A stretch of DNA of 64,000 nucleotides from Chrysomallon squamiferum (taxonomy: Eukaryota > Animalia > Mollusca): the NCBI GenBank assembly GCA_012295275.1, contig CM022671.1, positions 20,522,001-20,586,000 of the forward strand. The letters run 5' to 3'. Position 1 is the first letter of the stretch. The number at the start of each line of letters is the position of its first letter. Below the pieces are notes generated by a model, which was given only the letters and a program-made list of their open reading frames with translations, had not been told where the DNA came from and did no database searches. The position numbers and the translations under genes were made by a program. Of the stretch, positions 27,811 to 41,260 are shown one piece after another.

Positions 27811-29257
27811 TTTCTTTATTCTTACCACTGATTTACCAATTCTCTTTTAATACAGTGAGTCTTTCTACTTACTTTGTTCTGTTCTTACCACTGACTAAAT
27901 TACCAGTTTTCTTTTAATACAGTCTGTCTTTCTACTTACTTGTTCTGTTCTTACCATTGAATTACCACTTATCTTTTAATACAGTGAGTCTGTCTTTCTA
28001 CTTACTTTGTTCTGTTCTTACCACTGACTAAATTACCAATTTTCTTTTAATACAGTGAGTCTGTCTTTCTACTTACTTTGTTCTGTTCTTACCACTGACT
28101 AAATTACCAATTTTCTTTTAATACAGTGAGTCTGTCTTTCTACTTACTTTGTTCTGTTCTTACCACTGTTTTACCATTTATCTTTTAATACAGTGAGTCT
28201 TTCTTTCTACTTCCTTGTTCTGTTCTTACCACTGTTTTACCATTTATCTTTTAATACAGTGAGTTTATCCTTCTACTTACTTGTTCTGTTCTTACCACTA
28301 TTTTACCATTTATCTTTTAATACAGTGAGTCTTTCTTTCTACTTACTTGTTCTGTTCTTACCACTGTTTTACCATTTATCTTTTAATACAGTGAGTTTAT
28401 CCTTCTACTTACTTGTTCTGTTCTTACCACTATTTTACCATTTATCTTTTAATACAGTGAGTCTTTCTTTCTACTTACTTGTTCTGTTCTTACCACTGTT
28501 TTACCATTTATCTTTTAATCCAGTGTTCTTACCACTGAGTTTATCCTTCTACTTCCTTGTTCTGTTCTTACCACTATTTTACCATTTATCTTTTAATACA
28601 GTGAGTCTTTCTACTTACTTTGTTCTGTTCTTACCACTGACTAAATTACCAGTTTTCTTTTAATACAGTGAGTCTTTCTACTTCCTTGTTCTGTTCTTAC
28701 CACTGAATTACCAGTTATCTTTTAATCCAGTGAGTCTTTCTACTTACTTTGTTCTGTTCTTACCACTGTTTTACCATTTATCTTTTAATACAGTGAGTCT
28801 CTTTCTTTCTACTTACTTGTTCTGTTCTTACCACTGTTTTACCATTTATCTTTTAATACAGTGAGTCTGTCTTTCTACTTACTTGTTCTGTTCTTACCAC
28901 TGTTTTACCATTTATCTTTTAATACAGTGAGTCTGTCTTTCTACTTACTTGTTCTGTTCTTACCACTGTTTTACCATTTATCTTTTAATACAGTGAGTCT
29001 GTCTTTCTACTTACTTGTTCTGTTCTTACCACTGAATTACCAGTTATCTTTTAATACAGTGAGTCTTTCTTTCTATTTACTTGTTCTGTTCTTACCACTG
29101 TTTTACCATTTATCTTTTAATACAGTGAGTCTGTCTTTCTACTTACTTGTTCTGTTCTTACCACTGAATTACCAGTTATCTTTTAATACAGTGAGTCTTT
29201 CTTTCTATTTACTTGTTCTGTTCTTACAACTGAACTACCAGTTATGTTTTAATACAG
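27811..29257. repeat. ~66-bp minisatellite, about 22 copies
   Basis: Unit aatacagtgagtctgtctttctacttacttgttctgttcttaccactgttttaccatttatctttt with variants of ~62-68 bp. The 22-aa periodicity of ORFs 28193..28663 and 28861..29301 reflects this unit. Confidence 0.97.
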
Positions 29258-31513
29258 CTTGTCTATCATTCAGTGTCATTCTGTCAGCATTCATAAGATA
29301 ACAACTTATTTGTGAAGAAATGAGGCAAGGAAGGAAGTGTGACTGGATATTTGTTGAGTAGACTAATTACTTACAATCCTTGGTGTTTCCAGGTCTGGGA
29401 GAACTGACCACTGGATCTCTGTACAAAACCCATTCCTGTACAGACATATTAACTGTGAGTCTGACAACATAACTGAACTGCTAGGCTATATTAATAATGT
29501 GTGATTTACAGGTTATTTCCAAATTCTTATTTAAGGCCAAGTCCCTACAGGTTTTCTGAGTTATTTCTAGATCTCTCGTAGGCTGAATTCTGTTGAGAAA
29601 ATGGAATTGCTGTTTCCATACACATTTGCAGTCTGTAACGTCTTCTGATGGAAATACATCATACCTACATAACTGCATGTTTAAAAAAACATTATTATTT
29701 ATTTTTTTGTTTAAATATAAATTTTATTTATTAATTTAATTTAATTTAATTTAATGTTATAATTTTTTTCTTCGACTGAAATTGTTGTAGACTGTGCTCA
29801 TGGTAGGAATACTTTTTCTGATGGAATACTGCCATATTCTTATCCAGTTCTCTTGAAATTTCTAGATTTTTATTTTTTTAGCCAGAATCCAGGCGAAGAC
29901 TGAATGGTACCTACAACAACCTTACTTAAATAATTTTGGAAGGGAAGAATCTAAAACATTATCTATAAAACATTATTTCATTTATTTCAGTGTAAGAAGG
30001 GTTAATTATATTGATGAATTATGAGTTAATATGTTTTCTTTGAGGAGAATTAATTTTCTGTTAGTCTGTGGGCAAATGGTGGTTTAATTATATTGAAGAT
30101 CTATAAATATATACATATTAATTTTTTTCTTGCATAGAAATCTTCTTTTGTCACAGTTCAATTCTTGGTAAAAGGACAAACTTCATTTACCAGCAAATTC
30201 TGTTTACTCTTTACTATTTATTTTCCACTGGCATCTTATTTGTCATTAAGTTTCAAAAATCACTAATTCCATGATGTTACTTTCTATGAAATATTGTTGT
30301 AACTTTCTAAAGTGACAACATTATTACTTATTGAACCTCTCATTCATTTATATGTTAATCATATTTGTTAATTATGTCTAATATATTTATATTATTCAAG
30401 CATTTCTTTTTCACATTTCTTCATTTTGGATCCTAGGTTTCTGAAATTCTAAATTATATCTTAATTTGTTATTACATCAGTAAGAACAGTAATGTTATTA
30501 TTGTTCATCAGTATACCTGTATACAGTAACATATTATATATCTGAATACAGTCATGCACTTTTGTGCCTGTATACTGTAATGCAGTTATATACATGTGTA
30601 ATGTAATGTGATTATATGTATATATTATAATGCAATTTTCTACCTGTGTAGAGAAGTGCAACTATGCAACTGTATATAGTAATGGAGATATATTCCTGTT
30701 TAGAGGAATACCATACATGCATTTAGTAATATAACAAATATTCCTGTTTATATCTGAATAATGTTTATGTTGATGCATCTTTCACCAGGAATACCTACGG
30801 GTACTTATTATGTCTTGTTAGTTGAGATCATCCACATTCAGCACTGTAAATGCTTTTACCTTAATGAAATCAATATTATTTCATCCTATATTTAATTAGT
30901 GGTATTTTCCTTTTAGCATTTTATGCTTTATCTCTCTTTTTCAGTCGCTGTATATCTCCATTTATCATTATTATTTGCTTGCTGTTTCTGTATTGTTTCT
31001 TCAGTCTCTAACTAGAAAGTAATAATATAATTTAGTAGTAACAATGATAATAGAATATATTTAATCTCTTTGAGGTATCTCTGTCTCTTTCATTTTTCTC
31101 TCTTTCTCTTGCTTTCTGCATATCTTTGTTTTTCAGTTAATGTCTCAAATTTATAAATAATAAAAACATATTACTACTACTAATACTTTTATTAATACTA
31201 ATAATATAAAAATTAATAAGAATAAAAACAGGAATAACAATAACAACAAATAAACACACAAATAAATAAGTAAATAAATAAATAAATCAATAATAAAAGT
31301 AACAATAATAATAATAACAGCAATAATAAGTGTACTCTTGAACAGAGCAGTCAGGTCTTGTCTTTCTGAATATCATTATAAACTCATGCTATGCACATAA
31401 CAAAAATATCATCAACTTGTTTGTTTTCAATATACCCTAACTCGTACCCAAAGCTAATTGCAAAATGTGAAAACAATTACCTCAGTTTTTACCTCAGTTT
31501 TTACATCATTAAT

Positions 31514-31546
<33 letters not shown>

Positions 31547-33769
31547 AATAACAATAACAACAGCAATAGCAACAATAATAACAATAAAAATAATAATAAT
31601 AATAATTATTATTATTTATTTATTTATTTATTTATTTTGTATTATTATTATTGTTATTTCCATCAGCTAGATTCAGTATGATTTATTTCACAGGATTTAT
31701 ATCAATGGGGCTTCATTTTTAATATTGATTGTCTCAACATTTAACTCTTACATCAAGTAATTTACATTGCATTTTGTGATAAACAGACTGTATTGTATGT
31801 TCATCCATTATTTTATTTTTTTCACTGGAGCTCATTCTTCTCAGAGTCAGACATACAAAAAAATAAAATGCTTTCAGTATGTCAGATATAATAGTAAAGA
31901 GGTCATTCATCTTTGATCTATAAAAAGTTTTCATGTCATACCAGACTGAATTGTTTGTGTATTAAAATGGTTGTAAAAGATTTTATTTTAAAATATCCAT
32001 TCATTCAGATTGTGGGTAATATAATTTAAAAAAAAAAAAAAAAAAAAAATTAAAAATTAAAAATATTTTCATTCAAAGAAAAAATATCAGAGGTATTAAA
32101 TGTTTACGCAATACAAAAAACTTAAAACAACAACAACAAAAACAACTGAAAAAAAAAACATTTCATCCTACAACTGAATTTGCATGTTCATTCTGGCATT
32201 GAAAATTAATATTAGTTCTAATTATACTTTCATTAATAATAATAATAATAATAATTAATGTTGATTTAAAAAAATGAAAATTTTTAAAATATTGTGCTTC
32301 ATAAATAAATACTTTAAATCAGTCATGAACTAAGAAAAAAAATAATAAATAATAAAACTTTAAAAAAATATTTAGTAAAAGAATAAAGAAATAATAATAT
32401 TTAAAATAAATAACATTATTTAGAAAAAAATAATAACATCATTACTGAAATAAATAACTTTATTAAGATAAAGAATAAATTACTATTATTTAAAATACAT
32501 AAATGCTTTAAAAAAGAATTTGTAATAAAATTATTTTAAATAAATAATAATGCTAACAATTAATTCTTAAAATAAATAAAATTAAAAACCCCCAAAATAA
32601 ACACTGTTAGTTAATGTATGTTTTAGCAGTTTTTCTGAACAGTTGAATCAATATTTCAGAAATGCATCTGCTTACCTAGCAGATACAGGTGTGCAAGCTG
32701 GTGTTGTAAAACATACAAGCTTACATTACCTTAACCACAAGTAAACAGTGTCAGGTATCATCCCACTTGTGACTTAAAGATAAACTGTCATTTTTTTTGC
32801 TGAATCAAGAAGTCACATGAAGAATTTTATGTTATCAATGAGTGAAAATAAATTGATTTATTTTTTTTTATTATATTATCGTTTAGTTTATATTATTATA
32901 TTTTTTAGTTTATTTATTTTTTTATATTAATAATTTAATTATTTATTATATTTTTTATTTAATTTTATTTATTTATTTATTTTTTATATTAATAATTTAA
33001 TTATTTATTATATTTTTTATTTAATTTTGTTTATTTATTTATTTATTTATTTTTCTTTCTTTCTGTTGCTAAAAAAGGGAAAACATGGAGAAAGTTTGAT
33101 TTGACTATAACTTTTTTTGAGTTTGTCTTTATCTTAGTGGTTAGAAATGGATAGGCCACACCTGTATTAAATTCAGCTAAATGAGGACACAGACACAACA
33201 AATATCCTTTATGCAAAAAAGTGAGAAACACGCCATAAATAGTTTAAAGTGTTTATCTTAAAATAAACTTAATACAGCTGTGTATATGCTCACCAAATAA
33301 AAAAGTGCAATAACATTTTTTTCACAGACTAATAATATATATATATATATAGAATGATAAATTAACAGAAAGAAAACAAGACAGACAGACAGACAGACAG
33401 ACATACATACAGACAGCAATAAAATAAATTGTCAGCCAAAATTTGGAGACAATGTCTAATTTTAAAATGCCTGAATCATGACGTATTCTTTTAAAGGAAA
33501 TTAAGCACTGCAAGCAGAATATTAAATTTTGTGTTTTTTGTGTTTTTTATTTTGGGGGTTTTTGTTGTTTATTTTGGTAAATTTTAGGTTGGTGAATTCT
33601 TGGATTGAAAAATGTCCTGTTTCTGTGAACTGTTGGGTTGGTGAATTCTAGGATTTGTCAGTTCTGTGGTTTTGTGAACTTTCACATTCTCCAGGCTGCA
33701 TATTCACCTAGGTCATCTTATAATGAAGATGTGTTCTGGCCAAACGAAGGTACAATTATGTATGTATGC

Positions 33770-33848
33770 TCTCTCGGATTCTGATCTCTGGTGGTGAATA
33801 GATTCCAATAATACTTCTAGCACCATTTGAAATCAGTGCTCCTGGAGG
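33770..33848 (+). ncRNA. mir-29b: pre-miRNA, Mir-29 family, miR-29b/miR-285-like paralog; mature 3p 33818-33839 UAGCACCAUUUGAAAUCAGUGC; 5p arm ~33780-33802
   Basis: The mature arm matches the first 21 nt of vertebrate miR-29b-3p (UAGCACCAUUUGAAAUCAGUG). The 5p arm ucugaucucugguggugaauaga pairs along it (ctgat/atcag, ggtggtg/caccatt, taga/tcta). A lower stem (tctctcgga/tcctggagg), a basal UG at 33767 and a CNNC (CGAC) at 33858-33861 are present. Confidence 0.95.
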
Positions 33849-36523
33849 TTGCCGTGACGACACATTGATTCTATTGATGATTGATCTTGAGAGAACTTAC
33901 TGTTTGAGTTGTGTCGCGATATTTGTCGTGGTCGTTCGGTTCTAATCCCTAATGGTGTTTTCCCAAACACAACCCAAAGACAAGTTCTGCAGTCTTACGA
34001 GGTAATTTTATTTTGCTTAGAAAACAAAAATTAGAATCACAATTTACAGTTGTACAAATTTATATATACTGTAGTTTATGTCAATATGTGTTCCGGTATC
34101 AAAATTATAAAGGAAATACTGCTAAAAATATATCAGCAAATAAAGTAATAATAGATTAATAATAATTTTTTCATAAAATACAAAATGAATTTTATGCACG
34201 TAAAATAAATTTGTTTGCACGCAACAGCCTACATTCACATACATTTGCATTTAAAAAGAATAAAACAGTTTTGTCTCCCAAACAAAGCCCACATATATAT
34301 ATATATATAGAATATTGCAATTTAATATAATAATAATGATATGATAATGATGATTATGCAATAGATGGCAATGGAATAATAATGAAAACAATATTTTTTA
34401 TTTACATTTAAAAGTTGTTCTTATGCTTTGACATGTCTTTCATTGAGAAATATGTTTTTATTTTGTTTCTCTATAGTGTGTGTGTGTGTGTGTTGTGTGT
34501 CTGTCTGTCTGTATGTATGTATGCACATATTCTGACAGTTCATAAGGGAAATGAATGAGATATCTTTTTAGATATTACTAACTGTTAACTATAAATACAT
34601 AACAGTTGTGCAATCCTTTCGTTTGGGCACATTCAGAGTTTTATTCAAAAATGAATGTAGTTTTCAACTTGATATACAATACAAAAACAATATTTAATAA
34701 TCAGACTTTCTTGATTGCCCCTGGATGAAGATACGTTTGAATTGTATAAGTAAACATTGAATATATATACCAGTGTAATCACATTATTCTTAACTGCTGA
34801 ATTTATGTGTACCAGTACAAAATCTCTAAAAGAGTAAGAAATTCATAGCTTATAAGTAGATATGTTATTATAACAGTAAATATACCCTGCGTATATATAT
34901 ATATATATATATATAAAGAAAACATGAGTACAGAAAATTAGGTTTTAAAATTTGTAAAATTGTCAGAGCTTGTTACAAGAAATCTGCACAAATTTCTTCA
35001 CTTTCTGTATTATTTGTTTGCACACTGACAAAGACATAATATAAAAAAATAAATATATAAATATAAAAGTAAAAATAAATTGCCATTATCACTGCTTATT
35101 CAAAAACACACCATGCTGCTTGCTTACAAAGTATATTACCACAAGCTCTTTATATGCATAGGGCTTGGCTGACCTTAATCCTTTCATATTGCTGAAAATG
35201 AGGTCAGTTTATATCCCAGGTGTGTTAACAATGCAGATATACGTAGGTAATCTAAGTACTTTACCCCCTGGGTTCACTGGCTGTCACTCAGAGTCAGTTG
35301 AATAACCTTTGTCTCTATTAAACTTGTCGTATCCAAACATCCACACCTATAAACAGACAGTGAAAGTTTTATAGCAGGTTTTCATATCAGCAGCCAGCTT
35401 AAACAAGCTCTGTTGTCTAAAATGAAATAAAGAAATTAATAAATGTTGCCAAATTGAATATATTACATAAATTTGATAGTGCATATAACTTACATAAAAG
35501 ATATTTGTACATAATAATGCGCATATATGCATTTATTATTACACACACAATTCATAATCCATCCATTCATCCATATAGACAGACAGTTGTTTAATAGTAG
35601 AGGGTTTCTACTTCTTATGGGTTTATACTAACAAAAAGTGCACATCAAAATACCATTGTGGACTCATAGTTAATGTACTTTTATTTTAATAACATCTGAA
35701 GTCTGCAGTCTTTATGTATGTCTGACATTCGTCATCTTGCCTTGTTTCCCAGCAACAGCAGACACCCAGAATGTGGAATAGACTGATCACAAACACTAAC
35801 AACAATCCCACCAACTTACAAACCACCCAGCGTATTGACATCCTAACATGTAATCTACTCACTAAGATGTGCAAATCGTCCATCTCCAAGTTAAGCAAGG
35901 TGTTTTACCAAACTGCTTGGAATTTGAACAAGATATTCCTACTAAGGTTCTTACAAATATTTAAGAAAGGCATACACTACAGAATATCTACAACACAGAA
36001 GTAAGATATTGTACCAACATGAAGCTGGTTATGTTGTATCAGTCATTATAATTTGGGACACAAGATAGATACTATCAGATAACTAACATATATTCAGGAA
36101 AGAGATATATGTACAAAATTCCTACAACTTGTTAGCAAATTATTCTAAAAAATTCTAACAGCTAATTTAAACTGTGTTCCACAGATTTCAGTATCTCAAT
36201 AATTTTTATTTTTTTATTTTTACCAGATCCTAATGGTTAAAAGACTATATTCTACTTTAAATTAATTTAATTTTGAAGGTTAATAGTCTACTGAATCCCT
36301 GTAGCTATATTTACTTTAAATTCTTGCATTTTGAAGCAATATGTTGTGCCAGATTTCTCATGGTTAAAATACTTTATTCTACTTCAAAGCATTGTAATTT
36401 TAAAGGTAAAACAGCCCTTCATATTCCTAATAATTAATTTAGGAGCTAATATTCAATTTACCAAATATAATACTCTGTTTAAACTGTAATGTGATATTTA
36501 AGGAAATGTATATGTGTGTATGT

Positions 36524-36557
<34 letters not shown>

Positions 36558-36883
36558 CATCAAGAGTAATAACATTATAGACAGAGCTTCATATATTTGA
36601 CTATTGGTCAGCTCTAAGATTGAAAATAAAACAAAAATAGACTTGAAGAAAACATTCATTTCCATTTCAAAGCCTTGTATTGTCCAAGAATCATCATTTT
36701 TGTAGCTTCCTTCTATTCTTTGATCTGCAACAGGTGTCAGTAGATGTCAGATGTTATTTCTATCAAGTAAAATGGGATTTTGAACAATAAATTGTGGTAA
36801 ACCATGATGAATTAGCAAGAGAATATTAAAAAACAAAATTATATTGATCAGTCATCTGCATCAATTACCATAATGGAGAAAAG

Positions 36884-36997
36884 GATAATAATAATAATAA
36901 TAAATATAATAATAAACATAATAATAATAATAATAATAAACATAATAATAATAATAATAATAATAAACATAATAATAATAATAATAATAATAATAAT
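36884..36997. repeat. (AAT)n microsatellite, interrupted
   Basis: Seen directly. It produces the poly-Ile ORFs. Confidence 0.95.
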
Positions 36998-38431
36998 AGT
37001 AACAAAAAAAAAACCAAACATGAAATTAAAATCACTTTTAGTTTTTTTCAGTTTACCATCATATATGCAGAAAAAATAAAAAAAATAAAAAAAATAAAAA
37101 GTCACTTGAAGATTGAAGATTAAAAAACTTTAGATATATAAAACTCAAACGAAAGCAATCATGTAAAGTCACATTGGTGCATTAAGATGTTTGACTTTGG
37201 TCAGCAATTTACCATGGTATGCTTGTCACTGGTGACTGACAGGGTGACCACTGGAGCAGTCTGTGTGAGCCTTTCTCATTTTCCCCCTCACTCACTGCGA
37301 TGTTTCTGCTCAGAATTCGACCAAGCAACAAGCAGCACCGAGCTGTAATACTGCATACTGATTACTTATTTAACTTTGATCATTACTGATGAATATTCAT
37401 TGATTCAGCACAGTCTGCGAGATGAGCTTGTAATGACAAAGACTTTTTGAATTATGTCTTCTCTGTCCAGAGCGATGGTAACTCTTAATGCAAGATGAAC
37501 CTCTAGATGTCGAGTTTCATCTTCTTCACGCGGAGGGAAACCAAGTCTTGATTACTGGTCAGCAGAATTCTCTGGAATGGAAGAAGCAACAGTTCACTGT
37601 TGTTAAATATTTATGATGTTTGTTGGTAGAAAAGATTGTTAATTAGAAATAATTTATTAATTTATCCATGACTGGTTCAAGGAGAATGGGATGTTTAATT
37701 AAATTCTGAATATTGATGTTTAAACTAAAAAAAAAAAATATATATATATATATTTTTTTTTTTCATTACAGTGTAACTGAGATTTTCATTTTATTTATAT
37801 TGTAAATGAAATTTTTATTTGTTTACAGTGTAACTGAAACTTTCATTTCATTACTATATAACTGAAATTACCAATCTGTAGAATGTTCAGATGATTACAA
37901 AAAACAAGTATGCATTTTAAACCATCACTAAAAACAAAAATAGCTAAAACTTAAATTCTAATTATATACTTCGGCAAATCTATTATGACAAATTCTAATT
38001 AGTGCTTGTCTCTACATCATTTATTTTTTATTGTTATTCTGTTCAGAGTACAATTGAATGATCAGTGTCTGTAAATGTTGAGAGTGACAGATGTTTCCCA
38101 CTGTTTAAACATATTTGATGAGCTGGTGAACACATGTTTTATTATTCTCCTTTTACGTATCACATTGTAAAGACACATTGATTATTCATAGCAGGAAAAT
38201 AATTTACACTTTCATGAATAAATACAGATATATACATGCATGCATACACATAATGTGATTATTCATAGCAGTAATTTATTTTACACATGCACAACTACAT
38301 AATACATATATTTGTCTTTGTATATACTTTTTAACTTACATATACATGTATGTTCATGTATGTATATATGTATGCATATATGTACCTACATACACACACA
38401 CACATTTTATACCTGTATTCACACCAACATG

Positions 38432-38467
<36 letters not shown>

Positions 38468-38978
38468 TGGACATAAATAAATAATATATATATATATTAT
38501 ATACATATATGCATGCTAACTCACACTCACACTTACACTCACACACACACATACACACACAGACATAGACGGATAAATACCTAAAATATATTTATTACCA
38601 TGATTTTGCTAAGTTAAAAATAAAGTTAATGGTTATCCACTTTAGTCATAATGTATTTCTTTCCTCGTTAAATAATACACAGGATAAAATCAAACCTTTA
38701 CAAGTTAATGTGAAGCCATTTATGTTTTTCTGCAGTTATTCCTTATTTATTGATTGTGGCAATATTTTCATCTGTGGCTAGAAAAAAGTAATGTTCTGCT
38801 TTTTAACTTTTTATTATTTTTGCCATTTTTTTAGTTTTTATGATTATTATTATGATTATTATTATTATTTTTTAATGTTCTAAATGTAAATTAATTTTTT
38901 TTATAATATTTTTGATGTAAATGAATTTATGTTTATAACAACTGTGTTGTTTTTGAAAAAGTCCATTATAAAAAAATA

Positions 38979-39019
<41 letters not shown>

Positions 39020-40809
39020 TATTTAATTATAAAATAAAATAATAAATGAATAATAATAATAATAAAAAGTAATAACATAAAATAAAATAAAATAAAATAA
39101 ATACACAAATAAGTAATCAAATTATTTTACTAAATAGATAACTATGTACATTACCAACCATTATAGCAAACAATAAAAATAGTTATGTAAAATAAAATAA
39201 AGTAAAAATAATAAAAATTAGATTTAGAATGAATTTGAAAAATAAATATAAAATGTAAAAACAACAGAATATCAAACATGAATTGTAAAATGTGTATTAT
39301 CTACTGGTTATTTGCATAAAGGTCTAATAACTAAAAAATATATATTTATAATAAAAATATTCACATCAAAAATAGAAATAATTATTGTCAGCATTGTTAG
39401 GTTGTTCTTTTTTTTTTACTTTTATTTTCAGTTATAAATAAGAACATCAAAAAAACTAATATATTAATTTTAGAATTAGATTTACTTGCTCCGAACTAAC
39501 TCTAAATTAAGAATAGTAAATATAAATTATACGAATTCTAATTTTTAATACAATTATTCTGGCTGTAGTTTTCTCCAAATCAGTTGATCATAAGAAATTT
39601 TGCAGACAGCACTTTTCAATTATGAAAGTTTAAAATGTCTGTGTTAGGAATTTTCTTCTCTTCATGGCTTCTTTAATCTCCTTCTTGTTTGGCAAACATT
39701 GTTTGTTTGTTTGCTTCGAGGTGTTAGGTTTCATTTCGGGAGCATTCCTTGGTGACTGCAACACAAACACTAGTTGTCTTGACTGCCGTCGTGGTTCAGG
39801 CCGAGGTGCACGTTGTCTGACCAGATATCTCCTGTGTATATATCTGTACTGCTTCAACAGGTAGGAGACGGTATTGGGGAAGATAAGTGTACTTGACAGA
39901 ACGAAAATGAACTTTCCACATTACAGAAATGAAATCCCAAATGATTATCATGGCACAGGGAAGTCACTGACTCTTAGTTGTATGAAATCCCTGAACAAAG
40001 CATGTCCTTGTGTTAAAAAAACAGATTTAATTTTGTTAACTTAGTTTTGCCTGCTATTTTCCCCACCCCACCAATTTTCAGCCAGTGGAAAATTAAAATG
40101 GTTTAGGCTGAATTACATTTTTCATCTTTACACTAGATGAACTTATGTTACTCTTTTATTTAATTTCAATAGAATTAATGTATGTCACGTTCACAGTGTT
40201 TCCTATGAAGAATTGATAATTAAGACTGAATTACTTTTTAATTTTATTTTAACTGGACATACTCTATTCACACATTTCATTTCCAGTATATTTGAATCAT
40301 TAATAATTTATCCTATTCCAACCAGAGTCTCAGTTTATTTTTCCTATTTTTTTGAGTAAAAAGTCCATGTATCTCAATCACAGTTTTATTCTACTTCACA
40401 TCAACTTACAATAATCACTGACAATCATTTCCAACATAATTAATTACTCTTTTTGTCTATTGTTACTGCTTTTCCCAATCTAAAAAAATAACATTTGGAA
40501 CTTTCATTCTACATTACACAAACTTACAGCACTCATTTAATTCATTTCCAGCAGAGTTAGTTCATTAATCTTTATTTATGGAGACAAGACTGGGTGTGTG
40601 ATATCTTTATTCTTGCATTCTGGAAATCCAAAGGATTTTTCTGTTTATCATATTGTCATTAATTATTGTAGAAAAGACCAGATTCTGCATTTTCACTATT
40701 GCATTTTATCCCATGGCCAACATACTTTAATCAGTGTGATCTAATGTGCATATGAGTTATGCTTTTATATTAACTGGTAACCTTTTATTAATTTAAAGAT
40801 AAAGTACTT

Positions 40810-41260
40810 CATAAGCATGGGTAATTTTTCATTTTAAGTTTTGAACATGAATTTAGTATGTAAGTGTATTGTCATTAGACTTTCAAGGTTTAATTGTCAT
40901 TTTAAGTTTTGAATGTGGAGTATGTACATCTATGTATTGTTATTAGACCTCCATGGTTAGTCATTTTAAATTTTGAATAAGGAGCATATAGATCTGTGTA
41001 TTGTCATTAGCCCTACATGGTTAAATTGGCATTTTAAATTTTAAAAAAGGAATATATGTGCTATGTATTGTCATTATCATTTTAAGTTTTAAATCAGGAA
41101 TATCGTAACTATGTATTGTCATTTGTTGTACATGGTCACAGTATCATTTTAAGTTTTAAATCAGGAATATCGTAACTATGTATTGTCATTTGTTGTACAT
41201 GGTCACAGTATCATTTTAAGTTTTAAATCAGGAATATCACAACTATGTCCTGTCATTATA
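40810..41260. repeat. ~60-67-bp minisatellite with two near-exact 67-bp copies (from 41076 and 41143), a partial third (from 41210) and older decayed copies upstream
   Basis: atcattttaagttttaaatcaggaatatcgtaactatgtattgtcatttgttgtacatggtcacagt is repeated. Upstream units share cattttaagttttgaa...tgtattgtcattag. Confidence 0.9.

Noticed and set aside
27811-29301. CRISPR array, or repeat-protein genes from ORFs 28193..28663 and 28861..29301
   Set aside because: The units are head-to-tail with no unique spacers, there are no cas genes and the context is eukaryotic. The ORFs stay open only because the unit is 66 bp, and they break where unit length varies.
33884-33995. Box C/D snoRNA starting at TGATGA
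   Set aside because: No CTGA D box at a suitable distance and no terminal stem enclosing the boxes.
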